A stretch of DNA of 64,000 nucleotides from the human T2T-CHM13v2.0 reference genome, Homo sapiens: NCBI RefSeq assembly GCF_009914755.1, contig NC_060925.1. One strand, written 5' to 3'. How positions within the stretch are numbered: the first letter of the stretch is position 1; every line of letters starts with the position of its first letter. The position numbers and the translations under genes are program-made. The notes under the pieces are model-generated. The model saw nothing but the letters and a program-made list of their open reading frames with translations. It made no database searches and was not told where the DNA came from. Positions 15,300-31,830 of the stretch are shown here, piece after piece.

Positions 15300-15480
15300 T
15301 CATTTCTATTGATAATATAATAACTCTGTCAACCAATTGCCAATCAGAAAATCTTTGAATCTGCCTACTTGGAAGGTCCCACCCCATTCCAGTTGCCCCG
15401 TCTTTCTGGACTGAACCGATGTACATCTTACATGTATTGATTGATGTCTCATGTCTCCCGAAAATGTATAAAAGCAAGCA

Positions 15481-17060
<1,580 letters not shown>

Positions 17061-17809
17061 GCAAGCAATCCATGCCCCGAACACCTTGGGCACATGTCAG
17101 GCCTTCCTGAGGATGTGTCATGGGCGTGTCCTTAGCCTTGGCAAAATAAACTTTCTAAATTGATCGAGACCTGTCTCAGATACTTCTGGGTTCACAGTAC
17201 CATGCTGGCTGGGTAATAGATGGTGAATATCAAGGGGAAATGGGGCTGCTGCCACTCAATGGACATGGAGGGGGTGTTCTGGGGCCCACACAATTTTGGA
17301 GGCTGCTTCTTTTCATTGTAGTATTTTGTGTCAGTTTTGATGAAAGTCTACAGTAACCCCCCACAAGCAGGATCATGAAGAGCTCATACCCAGCAGGGGT
17401 AAAAGTGTGAGTCAATCATCTGCCAGGTTACAAACTCGGACCAGCTGAAGTGTTAACTTGAGGACAAAGATGACGGAATAATCAGTGGAAGAGAGAAAGT
17501 TCCAAACACCAGTGGATGGCCCGCTGCCAGGTAAATACATAAGGAATCTATATTGGATTTCCTTCCCGCCCCCACCTTTCCCTACTACTTTAAATCGGGT
17601 GTGCAGTAGGTGGTTGGTTTTAGAATCTGGGTCATAGTGATTGATGATATTTCGGGCCCTTCCTTTCAGGGAAGGATGAGGACAATTGTGCCTCTCTGAG
17701 GGATGGTTGTACTATATTAGGCAGGAGAGCTTGTTGCTAATGTGATTGTTTACAAGTTGAAGTCTGGGGAGGAGGGGGTGTGGGGGAAATTGACCGGCAA
17801 AGGGTGGCC

Positions 17810-18230
17810 TGTGAAGGGCACCCTGCCTCGGTGGGCCTGGTAACGACTCCAGCCTCCTGGGACACCATCTTACTCTGTCGAGGCTGGTGGTAAAACCGCA
17901 TCTCCCAGGCGCCCCTGCAGCTCAGGCTCCAGCTGTGCTTGAGGCTTCACCGTCAACAGAATGCACCCCTGCGAGGCCCGAGGAAAGCGGGAGGAGAAGA
18001 GGGAAATCCACTTTGCTCAGAGCAGAGGCATCTGTGGTTCCAGAGCCTGCGGCTGTAGCGGGGCTTTCCCCTGTTTAACAGAAACGACTTTCTGACCATT
18101 CCTAGAAGCTCAGACTGGAGTTTGTTTCACCCTCCCAATAGTTTACAAGCCATTTAATGTCCTATCATAAACTCCTTTCTGCAAAATGTCTAGAATGAAA
18201 TCTGTTCTCTGCAAGCGACCCCGACCAATC
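17810..18230 (+). mobile_element. Probable ancient ERVL-class LTR, 3' LTR of the decayed provirus
   Basis: Follows the purine-rich 'aagggtggcc' and starts tgtg. Contains 'ccgcatctcccaggcgcccctgcagct', which resembles the LTR16/LTR33 motif also seen at ~8830. Confidence 0.45.
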
Positions 18231-20043
18231 TACTGAGAACTTTCTGCAGGAACTTACAGCTTGAAAATCTAAGGGTTGAGTTCCATTCAGTGATCATAGA
18301 TTTAGGGATCGTGAAAGAGGAAGCAATAAAAACAGATTTAGATAATTTAACTCCCATTTCCCTACTTAGGATTCCTTTCTTTGGGTTCTCTACGTATATT
18401 TCAATCGTAATTCATGAGTTTAAACGAAAAAAGTAATCTTCAGACTAAAAAAACTTAAAAACAAATTTAAGCTTGAGCTCTTGAGCTACAAGGTTCCTGG
18501 ATATGGGATTCACAAGCCAAACCAACTTGAAATTGGGAACAACAGGCTTTCCCTGCCCTCCTCCCAACCACCCAAACTCCCCAGCACCAACTGCAGGTGC
18601 CATGGAACCTACCTGCCCTGAACCAGGCCTCACCGACACCCTGATCTCTAGGCTCCCCCTCTAACCCTGCCTAGACGGTCACCAGGCTGGGCAGGAACAC
18701 CAGCCCCAGAGCAAGAACAGAAGCTGTGGAGGCCGCTTTGGAACACGAAGGGTAATTCTCTCAACGTCCCAAGGCTCTTTCCTCCAAATGACAGTGATTT
18801 TATACAGGCTGGCTTAAGGACTCTTCTTAGTTGGCTGGAAACACAACCCAAACTTGCTCGAGCGTGCCAGGGGACATTTTTGGCTCGTGTAACTGACAAT
18901 TCCAGGACAGGCCTAAGACAGCTGGTCCCTGGCACTCAAACGATGTCACTGGGACTCAGTTTCTCCATTGTTCCACTCTGCCCTCCCCCCACTGCTGGCT
19001 TTCTTCCCAGTCAGGCTCACCGCTCTAGACCGCCCCTGATGCTGGAGGTTGTGTTCTCACAGCTTTAGGGCCAGAACAAAGAGATTTTCTCTTCCACACA
19101 GTTCTAAGCAAAACTCCCAGGACAAGACACTCCTTAGATCAACCTGGGTCACACATTTACCTCTGATTGGCCAGGCCCAGGTGCTGGAGCGGTCACGAGG
19201 CAGGGAGGGGCTGTCCAGGCCATAAGACCCACGTGAACTGAGAGTGGAGGGGGGGTTCTCCCCACCTAAAGGAGATGAGAAAACAGAGTCGTTATTACCA
19301 GAAGGGGTATCAGACACCTGATAAAAAAACAGAGGAGCCCTCACTGGCTGTGGCGAGCAAGCCCTGCTTCCGAAGGGGCTGCCAGAAACCAGAGCTCCGC
19401 GAAGTCCAGGCAGAGCGACAAGGGGACGGCAGGAACCCTAAAAAACAAACAGGGCTGGGAGGCTGCTGGGAGCGGGGCTGCGCCGTTTACAGCCAAGCAC
19501 TCCTTGGTTCGTAGTCCCAGCTCTTTAAGCAGCTGTAGAGAAATCACTCCACCATTTACAAGACCAAAGAACTCTACAGCGTTCAGCTGCTCAAAATCAG
19601 CACCACAGAGCCCACTCAGCTGTTAAAAATCTACAGATGGGCACCATGGTCCCCCAGCAGGGAGAAGAAGAAATTGCGTCATCCTTCTCAGGCAGAGATG
19701 ATCTTCCTGACCTGCGGGGAGGAGGGCCGCCTTTTCGGCTTCTTTTGCCAGGAGTGGGGATGGCTGAGTGCTCAGTCATCCACATACACCCATCTATTCC
19801 ATCCTGGTCATGCAGCTTAAGTGTGAGAGCCCAGAAGAAGCACCCAGCACAGGGCAGCCCACACCTCTGGGGGTCTTCTCCATGCTTGGTGTTGGAAGGT
19901 GGTGTCACCCGCTTCTCAGGAGTCCCTTGAGGGGTATCTCAGAAGTTCCCACAAGTCAGTCCCTGGGGTAAGAGAAATTGCAACGGAAATGCCTAGGTCA
20001 GGCTGCTTGCAGAAATCCTTTAGCAAGTTATCTTGTCCTGTGA

Positions 20044-20354
<311 letters not shown>

Positions 20355-20689
20355 ACACCTTATTTGTCTTTGTGGTTAGCATTTATTTTCCCAAGTGGAA
20401 CCTCAGTTTATTATAAAAACCGCCATTACCAAAAAACATTGCCTTTTGTCTACTACAAAAGACTTTTATGCCATTTGAAGCTCAGAAATCCTATCAGATA
20501 GAAGGTGGCAGTGGTAGTCGTGGTGACTGATGTGTAATAGGTAGGGTTGGGAGACCAGGTAGTGACTGTGCCGAGGGTGTGGTGGTGGTAATGACTGGGG
20601 AGGTAGTGATGAGGAATGGGAATTATGGTGGTGGCAACATGGTGTCAGTGGTGGATAGTCATGGCAGTGGGAGGTGATGATGGTGCTGG

Positions 20690-21382
20690 TAGTGATGGGT
20701 GATGATGATGGTGGTGGCTGATGTCAGAAGTGTGGTGATGGTGGTAATTATGGTGATGGTGGTGACGGTGATAGTGGTGATGATGGTGATAGTGATGACG
20801 GTGGTGGTGGTGATGGTAGTGGTGATGATGATAGTGATGGTGGTGATGATGATAGTGATGGTGGTGGTGATGGTGATAGTGATGATGGTGGTCATGATGG
20901 TGATGATTATGTTGGTGGTGGTGATGGTGGTGATGGTGATGGTGGTGATGGTGATGGTGATGCTGGTAGTGATGATGGTGATGGTGATGGTGGTAATGGT
21001 GATGATAGTGGTGATGGTGATAGTGATGGTAGTGGTGATGGTGATGATTATGTTGGTGATGGTGGTGGTGATAGTGATGATGATGGTGATGGTGATAGTG
21101 GTGATGATGGTGTTGGTGGTGATGGTGATGGTGCTGGTGATGGTGATAGTGATGGTGGTGGTGGTGATGGTGGTGATGCTTATGTTAGTGATGGTGATGA
21201 TGGTGGTGTTGACAGTGATGATGCTGGTAGTGATGGTGGTGGCGATGGTGATGGTGGTGATGGTGATGGTGGTGATGATGGTGATGATGGTGGTGATGGT
21301 GGTGGTGATGGTGATAGTGATAGTGGTGATGGTGATGGTGGTGATGATGGTGATAGCGGTGATGATGGTGATGATGGTGACA
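20690..21382. repeat. ~0.7-kb imperfect (TGG/TGA)n trinucleotide low-complexity repeat
   Basis: Directly visible. It explains the poly-V/M and poly-H ORFs. Confidence 0.95.
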
Positions 21383-23579
21383 GGGATGGGCTCTTAGGCC
21401 AGGAGGAGTTAGGGGGATGTAAGCCATGTAGCCCGTGAGACAAAATCAGGGAATTCAACATGGAAAACATAAAGCCAAACCCAAGGCTGAAAGGAACATC
21501 TCCCAATACCAGGATGGAAAGGAATCAAAGCTTGCTCAACTACCCCATTTCCCAGATGACAAGACCAGGTCTGAAAAGAAAAGGCCACTGTTCCAAGGTC
21601 ACCAGCCTGCAGCAGAGCACAGGCCCAAAGCCTCCCAGATCCTAGTGAGGAGTAAATCACCAGTCTCAGAATCCAGGGCTGGGAGAGAACTCTCCATGAG
21701 GAGCCTGGTACCAGTCCCATGCCAGGCCAGAGGAGGGCTTCCATTCCTGTGTGCCAATGCCTGTCGACTCACAGAAAACCTTCTGTGGGCATCCTAGCAG
21801 AGATCAGAAGTCTGGGAGGACAGCAAGCGTGCGGCCAGCAGAGCACCTGGCTCAGCTCTTCCTCCAGGGAAGGCTGAAGGGTCCCCAAGGCCCCGGGAAA
21901 GTTACCCTGCAGGAGGCAAGGCAACTGGAGGATTGAGCCTTCCCAGCCAACTGCAGGTACCATTTCAGGGTAGAGCAACGGAGAGGGTCGGACTCAGACT
22001 ACCCAGGTCTGGGCCAGGCCAACAGCTGGACCACAGCTATGAACCCCATGCGCCGGCCTGCCCACCCATCATGACTCCCACCCCAGCCACAGAAAGGTCC
22101 TGGGCTCTCCCACAGTGTCCGCAAAAGCAGGGCTCCAAGTGAGAAGAGAAGCCGGAGGCTGGAAGAAAAGCCAAAGCTGCTGGGTCCCCAGCCAGGCCTG
22201 CCCACTCCCTCCCTGTCCCCCAGACCTCTCCCCTGAGGGTCTCCAGGCCTCTCTAGTCCTCTTGTCATTGAGGAAGGCCAAGACCAGGGACCTCTAGGAG
22301 ACTCTGCGGCAGACTTGCCTGGCCAGTGGAGCATCTGGACAAGAGAGGTCTGCTCCCCCTCCCCTCCCTCCACCCCTCCCTCGCTGGCCCAGGAGGCGGC
22401 AGAGCCTGTGCTTGCCTGGGCCCTGGCGTGAGCCAACAGCGCCACCATCAGCTGCCAGCCGGGAAGTCCTCCCACTCCACCAAGAGCCATGCGCTGAACA
22501 GAGACTGAGACGGGACAGGTGGCCCCTGCCTCTGGGAACCACAGGCCTAACAAAGGGCACCTTCTGGAGCATGCCACAGGGCTCGGCAGGAGCCTAGAAG
22601 CTTCCATCAGTCTTCTTCCTCCACAGGAGCGCTCAGGCTGAAAAGGGGGTCTGAGGCTGATGGTGCCCAGAGCAATAATTCATTCATCTAAAATCACCAG
22701 GAACCTTCAACGTGCCAGGACGCGTCCAAGCCCTGCGGATGCGCTGATGGTGAAAATAAGAAGCAGTGTCGCCAGGACTCAATGGGCTCAAAGCAGGCTC
22801 GTATGCAGTCCTCTCTGCCAGTGTCTAAGGTGGCCACTCTCTCTGTCCTTGGGTCACAGAGGAGGAAGCCAAGGCTCAGAGGTGTTCAGGATACCTGGCT
22901 CCTGGAGCTGGTGAGGCCAGACCCGGGCAGAGGGGGAGCCTGTGGGCAGCCACTGAGGGCGTCACTCCCCACCGTCACTGCCACCGTCACTGCCACATCT
23001 GGTGGCCACCGAGAGTGTCACTCCCCACCATCACTGCCACATCTGGGTGGTCACCGAGGGCGCCTGGGTTGACACCATCCCTCGGAGAGAGGGAAGATTC
23101 TGACATCTTCCCTAGCCTTGGCCTTTGGATTGCCCCCTTGCCATCCTCAAAGCTGATCAGGGCTCTGCACACCTGTCATGACTGAACTGATCTGCCGGCC
23201 CTTTTGGGTGATAACAGCGAATGAGTCAGCTTCCAGATGGCACAGCTCTCAGCTCTACCCATGCTGGCAAGAGCCCCAGGCCCTTGCAGAGGTGCTGGTA
23301 CCAGGAGAATGGCACCTGGTACAGAGCCTAACACATAGAGACACCCAACACAACACAGAGAACACGGGGCCTCTCCACCCCAAGGAGGGCTGCCTGGGAG
23401 ACCCTGGGAGCCACATCCAGGTCTGCCCACTGGAAGCCCAGACGGGGATGTGAATGGAAGCTCACAAGGCCACGCAGGGACGAATGCCCCAAAGTAAGCA
23501 CCACAAGGATTTCACAGCCCGGGTCCAGACCTTGGGCCTGGGGGACCTGGCCACTGAAGAACAGAGGGGCCACCCTAAC

Positions 23580-25185
23580 ACGTGCTATAATGAAAACTGC
23601 ACCTGGTCTTGTGTCTGGTTCCAGGCACAGAGCTCCTAAAACCGTGGGCACGTCCAAGCTCAGGAGTGGCTTTTGTCATTCACAAGCAGCCCCTTTCCCC
23701 TTACCTGAGCTTATGCTAATGAGGCAATTCAGTAGCTCCCTAGATAGCTGTGGGCTGGGGGCTGGAGGCTGGAGGCTGGGGGCTGGGGGCTGGGAACTGA
23801 GGGCTGTGGGCTGGGGGCTGGGGGCTGGGGGGCTAGGGGGCTGGGGGCTGGGGGATGGAGGCTGGGGGCTGGGAACTGAGGGCTGTGGGCTGGGGGCTAT
23901 AGGCTGGGGGCTGGGGGCTGGGAACTAAGGGCTGTGGGCTGTGGGCTGGGGGCTATGGGCTGGGAGCTGGGGGCTGGGAACTGAGGGCTGTGGGCTGGGG
24001 GCTGGGGGCTGGGGGCTGGGGGGCTAGGGGGCTGGGGGCTGGGGGATGGAGGCTGGGGGCTGGGAACTGAGGGCTGTGGGCTGTGGGCTGGGGGCTATAG
24101 GCTGGGGGCTGGGGGCTGGGAACTGAGGGCTGTGGGCTGTGGGCTGGGGGCTGGGGGCTGTGGGCTGGGGGCTGGGGGCTGGGGGGCTAGGGGCCTGGGG
24201 GCTGGGGGATGGAGGCTGGGGGCTGGGAACTGAGGGCTGTGGGCTGTGGGCTGGGGGCTATAGGCTCGGGGCTGGGGGCTGGGAACTGAGGGCTATGGGC
24301 TGGGAGCTGGGGGCTGGAAACTGGGGGCTGGGAGCTGGGGGCTGTGGGCTGGGGGCTGGAGGCTGGAGGCTGGGGGCTGGGAACTGAGGGCTGTGGGCTG
24401 GGGGCTGGGGGCTGGGGGGCTAGGGGGCTGGGGGCTGGGGGATGGAGGCTGGGGGCTGGGAACTGAGGGCTGTGGGCTGTGGGCTGGGGGCTATAGGCTG
24501 GGGGCTGGGGGCTGGGAACTGAGGGCTGTGGGCTGGGGGCTATGGGCTGGGAGCTGGGGGCTGGAAACTGGGGGCTGGGAGCTGGGGGCTGGCTGCCAGA
24601 AGCCCAACCATGTGGTTACAGGGTGGGAACTTTCAGTCCTCTCCAAACCCCTCTGCCCCCAACCCCCTTCTCCAGGGAAGGGAGAAGGACTGGAGATTGA
24701 GTCAATCACAATAGTCAATGACATAATCAATCAGGCCAACGTAATGGGACCTCCATAAAAACCCCTAAATGACAGGGCTCAAAGAGTTTCTCTCTGGTGA
24801 ACTCATGGAGGTGTGGGAGGGGGCGCGTCTGGAGGAGGCATGGGCACTCCCAGACAGCCCCGTGCCTCACCCCGTGCGTCTCTTCCAATCAGCCGAGTTG
24901 CTGCCTTTATAAGAGACTGCTTGCTGTGAGTAAAGCACTTGCCCGGTTCTGTGAGTTGTTCTAGCGAATTATCAAGCCCAGACAGGGCGTTATGGGAACC
25001 CCAGATTTATATCTGGTTGGACAGAAGAGGGAATGGCCCAGGACTTGCAACTGACATCCAAAGTGGGGACTCTCCTATGGGACTGAGCCCCAGGCCTCAT
25101 CGGATCTGACACTACCCCCAGGTAGATCAGTTCAGAATTGAATTGCATTGCTGGACACCCAGCGGTGTCAGCAAATCCCACAGGT
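23580..25185 (+). mobile_element. MER21-like LTR interrupted by an expanded G-rich repeat
   Basis: cacagagctcctaaaacc...ttatgctaatgag...accatgtggttacagggtgggaactttcag...ggagattgagtcaatcac...taatcaatca...ccataaaacccctaaa resembles MER21. Boundaries are approximate. Confidence 0.65.
23747..24595. repeat. ~850-bp (GGGGCT/GGGCTG)n G-rich repeat with higher-order blocks
   Basis: Directly visible. The block 'ggggggctagggggctgggggctgggggatggaggctgggggctgggaactgagggctgt' recurs at about 23827, 24017, 24181 and 24414. Confidence 0.95.
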
Positions 25186-27791
25186 AATAACGAGTGCTTG
25201 ATGCCAGGGTAGAGAAAGCTGTGCATGCCCCGACCTTCATTCCTGACCTGCAGATGGCTCCCTCTGGGTGGCCGGCCGAGAGCTCCTGAATTGGGGTGCA
25301 TCTCCATGAAAGAAGAGGGGCTGGGGAGCAGCCAGCCGCCCACCTGCAGCCTCGTTTTGGGTGACACTCTCGCCACGGCCCGTGGGCTGCTCCAGGAGCC
25401 TGCCGAAGTGGAGCAAGGTCCACCCGGGTCCAATCCCCACCTTTCCACCCGGGTTCAATCCCTACCTCTCCACCCGGGTCCAATCCCCACCTCTCCACCC
25501 AGGAGCCCAAAACAGGCTTCAGGGCACCCCAGGCTCAACTGCACACAGCAAATCAGCGAGGCACACAGGAGGCGCGACTCGAATTGGGGATGGGGGATGT
25601 CTGGGCTCCCTTCCCCTACACCCTCGCTTCTCACGTTGACCATCCCCGTGACTCTGAGTTTTCAGCTGGAACCCCAGGGGCACAGTCTGAACACAGACCC
25701 CGGACCGGCTGCTCCTGCAGGACATCTGCTGAGTCCAGAAGGAATCAGTGCACGACGCCCGCAGAGCCCCAAATGCCCTGGGAGATCAGCAGGACTTCAA
25801 AGACAAGCAGGGGCCTCGGTGGCCACCTGACTTCTCCCTAGGCAGCCTCCACTGACCTTCATCCCAGCTGCCAGCACACGCTTTCCCATGACGAGGAGGA
25901 ACCACGGTGCCTGCAGCCCAGCTGGGTAAAGGCCCCAACCTGGCTAGCCTGGACACCACACTCGGGAGGTGGCAGAGCCTACTGCCACCCGCGGAGAACA
26001 TCGCTCAGTCCCCTAAATTTCAGGTAATGGCGTCCCGGGCAGGCACTCCTGTCACTGCAGATTCAGAGTCGGGATGACAGCGCTCAAAATTTAGTTTCAA
26101 ATGCCTTCTGCCAACGTCACTCAGGAGCGTTCCCATGGGAGTGGGACTCGAGGTTTGAGAATTTTCCTCCTGGGCCTTCCCAACATGTCCCTGCTCCGCC
26201 ACTGACCACAGCAGAGGGGACACTGGGCAGAAGGAGGACCACATTCCTGAGCAAGAGGAGGCTGGCATCACACTCTGGGTCCACTCCGTGCAGCTCAACA
26301 CAGGGCCTCGTCCAGCCTTACGGCCCAGTGCCCCCACCTAGTGCCCCCAACATCCGGCCCGTCCATGCCGAGGGAGTGAAGGCAGAGCCCGTGGGCGCCG
26401 CCCTCCAGCTTTGTGGCTCTGGAATAGAGGCACGGGGGGAGAAGCGCCTCCCGCACAGGGCAGTCAGGAGAGGCAGGCCACACACCCCAGCCTGGGCCCC
26501 CTGCCCCTCCCCAGTTCTACCCTGGGTATCATAAGTTCTGGGGTCACGTCAGAGTGAGCCCACAAACCTGCCCTTTGTCCCAAGTCTCACATTCTACCCA
26601 GAATCCCAGCAGACCCCTTAGAAACAAATGGGAGGGGTGGAGAGAGGAGGGGTCCCCCAAGTCCACATCCAGTCAGCAACAGGGGAGCAGCTCCAGCCAC
26701 CTCCAGGTACAAAGGACAGCAAGGTTTGAACACCCCTGGGTGCAGCCTGCAGGGAGGAGGACTCTCAGAAGGCCCACAGCCTCAACTCCTGCCTGCAAAG
26801 CCGGAGTGCAGAGCCCGGCCTGCTCCTGCCCCCGCCCCTGCCGACCAGCCGGGCCACCGTCTCAGCCCCCGAGCCCTCTGTGGGCACCATCAAAGCTGCA
26901 CGGCCGGCCGTGATCCACCTCGAGGGGTGGGTGCTGAGGAGGGGGTCGCAGGCGCCCACCTGGTGGGGTGGCATGGAACCCCCCAGTGACCACCCATTCT
27001 CAAACTCCCTGGGGACAGCAACCTGCCTGGTGTGTTCCTCATTAGCAGCGCCAAGGAAGCCTTCGGCCGTTCACTTGGTCAATGAACGCAGGGCACAGGC
27101 AATCACTCTGGGGAATGCGGCTTCCAAAACATTGAGGAGTGAAGTGGTCCAAGAAAAAACAGGACCCGGGCCCAGATGATGAGTGCACGTGGGTGCGATG
27201 CTGCTGCGGGAGCAGCGAGGGTCTGGAGCCGCCCAGGGTGACTCACCGCTAGGACAGGGCAGCTCGGCTTCACATCTTCCCAGAGGCCAAAAAGCCGCTC
27301 CATGCAGGGCCGCGATGGGACGGGTGGCCGTGTGAGGGAAGGAGAAGGTAGAGGGAGAGGCCCAGGGAAGTCTCATCCAGCCAGGAACCACCAGAACTTC
27401 TAGAAAACGCCACTCCAAGAGACAGATGCAGGAACCTTCCTAAAGAGAAACCCAGGGGTTTCTGCAGGTGACAGGATTCCCCAGAGAGGGAGGCAGGATC
27501 TTAGGCATTAGAGGGCTGCTGGCACTTGCTCTGCCCTAGGACTGCTCCCATGCCGTGCCTGACAGGCAGATCCCAGCCTGATGCCCTGACCCTGACTCCA
27601 GGCTGCCGGGGAGGGAGACGCTAAGGATGTCAGCCTCTCTTCCATCGGCATCCTGAGCACGACGTCTGTCAGGCTCTCTGGATAGTCACCGTCAGACTTA
27701 GGCGCCAGAGCCTCAGGAACCTCTGGGACCTGACCCAGGCCTGTGCCCAGCCTGGGGTCAAATTCTACCCTAGGCATAGTCACTCACTCCT

Positions 27792-28667
<876 letters not shown>

Positions 28668-29899
28668 GGCTCCAGTTGGCTTCAGTATCCCCAAGTGCCT
28701 GCTTGTTCCAGCTCCCACACCTCTGACTCTTCCCGAGTGTTTTTAAGCAAAGTCTCTGCAGACTTTTTGAGACCAAGGAATCTTCCCACATGTAGCCCCA
28801 AATCCCTTTTCTGGGTTTGTACAAAGCGTCTAAGGTGTTGAAGCCCCCATGGCAGCTGCAAGGCGTGTTTTGAAGTCTCCTCCCAGGAAGCCCCTGTCCT
28901 GAAGGACGGGTTCAATTCCCTGCCTCCACCTGCTTAAGAGAGAATCTCTAAGCACCCTCTTCTCCTTCCTCCTAGGCAGCGAGAGCCCAGGAGAGTTCCT
29001 GAGACGATGCAATATTGATAAAGCCCATTGTGCTGTGAAGTTCAGACTGAGACCCCCAGCCGGCACATTTGGGGTGCTGTTCTTAGTGAAAACAGAGCTT
29101 TCAGCGCCCCACACACCCTGGCTGAGAGCGTGGCCCAGGGGTGGCGAGACTCCTCTTTGAGCTGGGCTTGATCTGACTGGTTTTTTTCCAGGGGTTGCAG
29201 CCTGCCCGGGGCCCGGAAAGCTAAGTCTAGCCCCACACCTTCCCAGCTCCAGGGCAGAAAGCCAGCTCAAACCACACGGGAAATCAATTTGCTTTCTGAA
29301 CTAGAGGTGGGCGGCTCTCTGATCTTACTCCCTCCTGCAGAAGTCCTGGAAGAAACAGGGCCTCGCAGCCCCTCCCCCTCCTCCTGCCCACCGGCAGCGG
29401 AACCGGGGCTCATCCAGGTTTTGTCTACATAGGTGCCAACCGGGCAAGGGTGTGAAGGGCTGAGGGCAGTGCCAGGGCAGTGGCAGTCTCAGAGGCCAGT
29501 GCGCCTGAGGCTTTGCCACACCAGGAGCAGGAAGAGGAACCCTGATCCAGCCTCACCTCGGCCTCCATGGCTCCTAGTTCTTTCCAGAGCCTTCCAGGAA
29601 CAGCGTGCCCAAACCACCAGGCTGAGGCTTAGCCCAGGGGTCCCCCTACCTGGGGGGAGCACGGGGGGCCATCATGAGCGAGGTCTCCACCAGACCCCTA
29701 GAAACAGGGTAGGAACGCTATAGAGAGCCGTTTTTCATTCAAGCAAATGTATTCGGTGAAAGCACTGTCTCGCATCCTTCCTAGGCTGGAGGGCTCAAAT
29801 GTTCCTTCTATTATGAAATGATGATGCAGATGGAGTAGTTTGGGTTTGGAAGGAATTCTTTTAATGCCCTTACTTGGCCAATAAAAAGCTGGCAATTCA

Positions 29900-30293
<394 letters not shown>

Positions 30294-31290
30294 TCACCCC
30301 GAGAATCATCCACCAAGGAGCCCCTGAGTCGCTGAGCCCGGGTTTGCCTTGCTAACATGCTTAATCATTGGCTAACAAAATGCAAATTAGGCAAACAGCA
30401 ACCAGGATCATGCAAGTCCCAAGTGGTGACACAAGAAGGTGGCTGGGAAGCCGAGGGGGACACTGATTTCCAGGAGCCGAGCCCCTCTCAGATCAACAAA
30501 ACTAAACTTAGAAGAATTATCTTCAGATGCAAACAAGAGTCAAACACACGGTTATATTGTACTTTATTAGGTCTGGGCAGCTAAAGTGCCCCGTCCATGC
30601 TCCAGCTCTCCAAGGGAGGCCAGGTCCTGCCAGGGGACATTTATCAGGGGCTCCGAGCGCTACTCCCTGGCGAGGCACCGGAGGAAATTCAGCCCCCGGC
30701 CCAAGCGCTCGGCTCCATGCTTGCGTGAGCCCCGCAGACGCTCCCCTCCCACCTGTCCTGGGAGGAGGGGGCTGGATATCCCATCTGTGAATTCATTTGA
30801 TCATTACCAAAACATCCTTTTCCTAGTGATATGGAGAAAATGTTAGGAGAATAAAGAGACAGGCAAGCGGGAGGCTGGGGGCAATATGAGGGTGGTGTCT
30901 TATTGGGGACAAGCTCACCAGCCCACCTGAGCAGAATAGAGATCTTGCAGCCTCCTTCCAGGACTAGGGGGAGACTGGGTCTTTCCCAGGGAGCTGCTGA
31001 CCCCTGGATTCCATAGCTGGTGCATCTCCATTATCCAGCATTAACACCAGGGACGTGGAATGCTCCAAGACCCCAGAGCCACTGCCCTGGAGTCTCCCTT
31101 GCAGTTTACTCTGAGGCCACAGCCAGAGGGGGCCCAGTCAGGACCCTGTTTGGCATCTTAGACCCCGAAGCTCCGAGGGTAGATGTTACAGGGCATCTAC
31201 CCACACAGCTGCCCCTCGACTGAGAGCCAGAGATGGCCTCACTCCAAGCCTCCAGTAACAGATCAGAAGACACAGCCTGCAGAGTGGAGG

Positions 31291-31830
31291 TGAGGCAGGA
31301 GAACAGGGAATGAGGGTAACCCAGGGTTAAGGCAGAAGCAGAAGAACAGCAGGTGCAGCCAGTTCCAGGCAGGATTGGGCAGCACACAGGCCACATCCTC
31401 ACCCCTGCAATCACAAGACACAAGTCTCCACTCCAGCCTCTGATTGACCTCAGGCCGAGTCTCCACACTCCAGCCTCTGATTGGCCATGGGTCAAGTCTC
31501 CACTCCAGCCTCTGATTGACCTTGGGCCAATCCTTCATAGGGAGTAACCAACTGGAGGCCTCTAAAGGGCACCTAGGGTGCCACCAAATTCTTTTGGCTT
31601 AATAAAAACCCTAAAGAACAATGGGGCTCCTGAGCCACTTGCTTGAGCCTGCTCCCCCTCTGTGAAGTATACTTTTGCATCAATAAATCTAAGCTTTCAC
31701 TGCTCTGTTCTTTTGTTGCTTTTTTATTGCTTCATCCTTTTGTTGCTTTGTTTGTGCATTTTGTTCAATTCTTTGTTCAGCGCACCAAGAACATGGACAA
31801 CTTGCCATCAAGACCTTCCACGTGGTAACA
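31291..31830 (+). mobile_element. ERV1/MER4-group solo LTR (MER66-like)
   Basis: tgaggcaggagaacagggaat...ggtaaca (TG...CA) with the 4-bp TSD GAGG on both sides, an internal AATAAA and three internal copies of ctccagcctctgattg. Confidence 0.75.

Noticed and set aside
20659-21506. Poly-Val/Met and poly-His ORFs
   Set aside because: These are translations of a trinucleotide low-complexity tract.
25431-25502. Three copies of a 25-bp unit (ccacccgggtccaatccccacctct)
   Set aside because: An ordinary short minisatellite with no spacers or supporting features.
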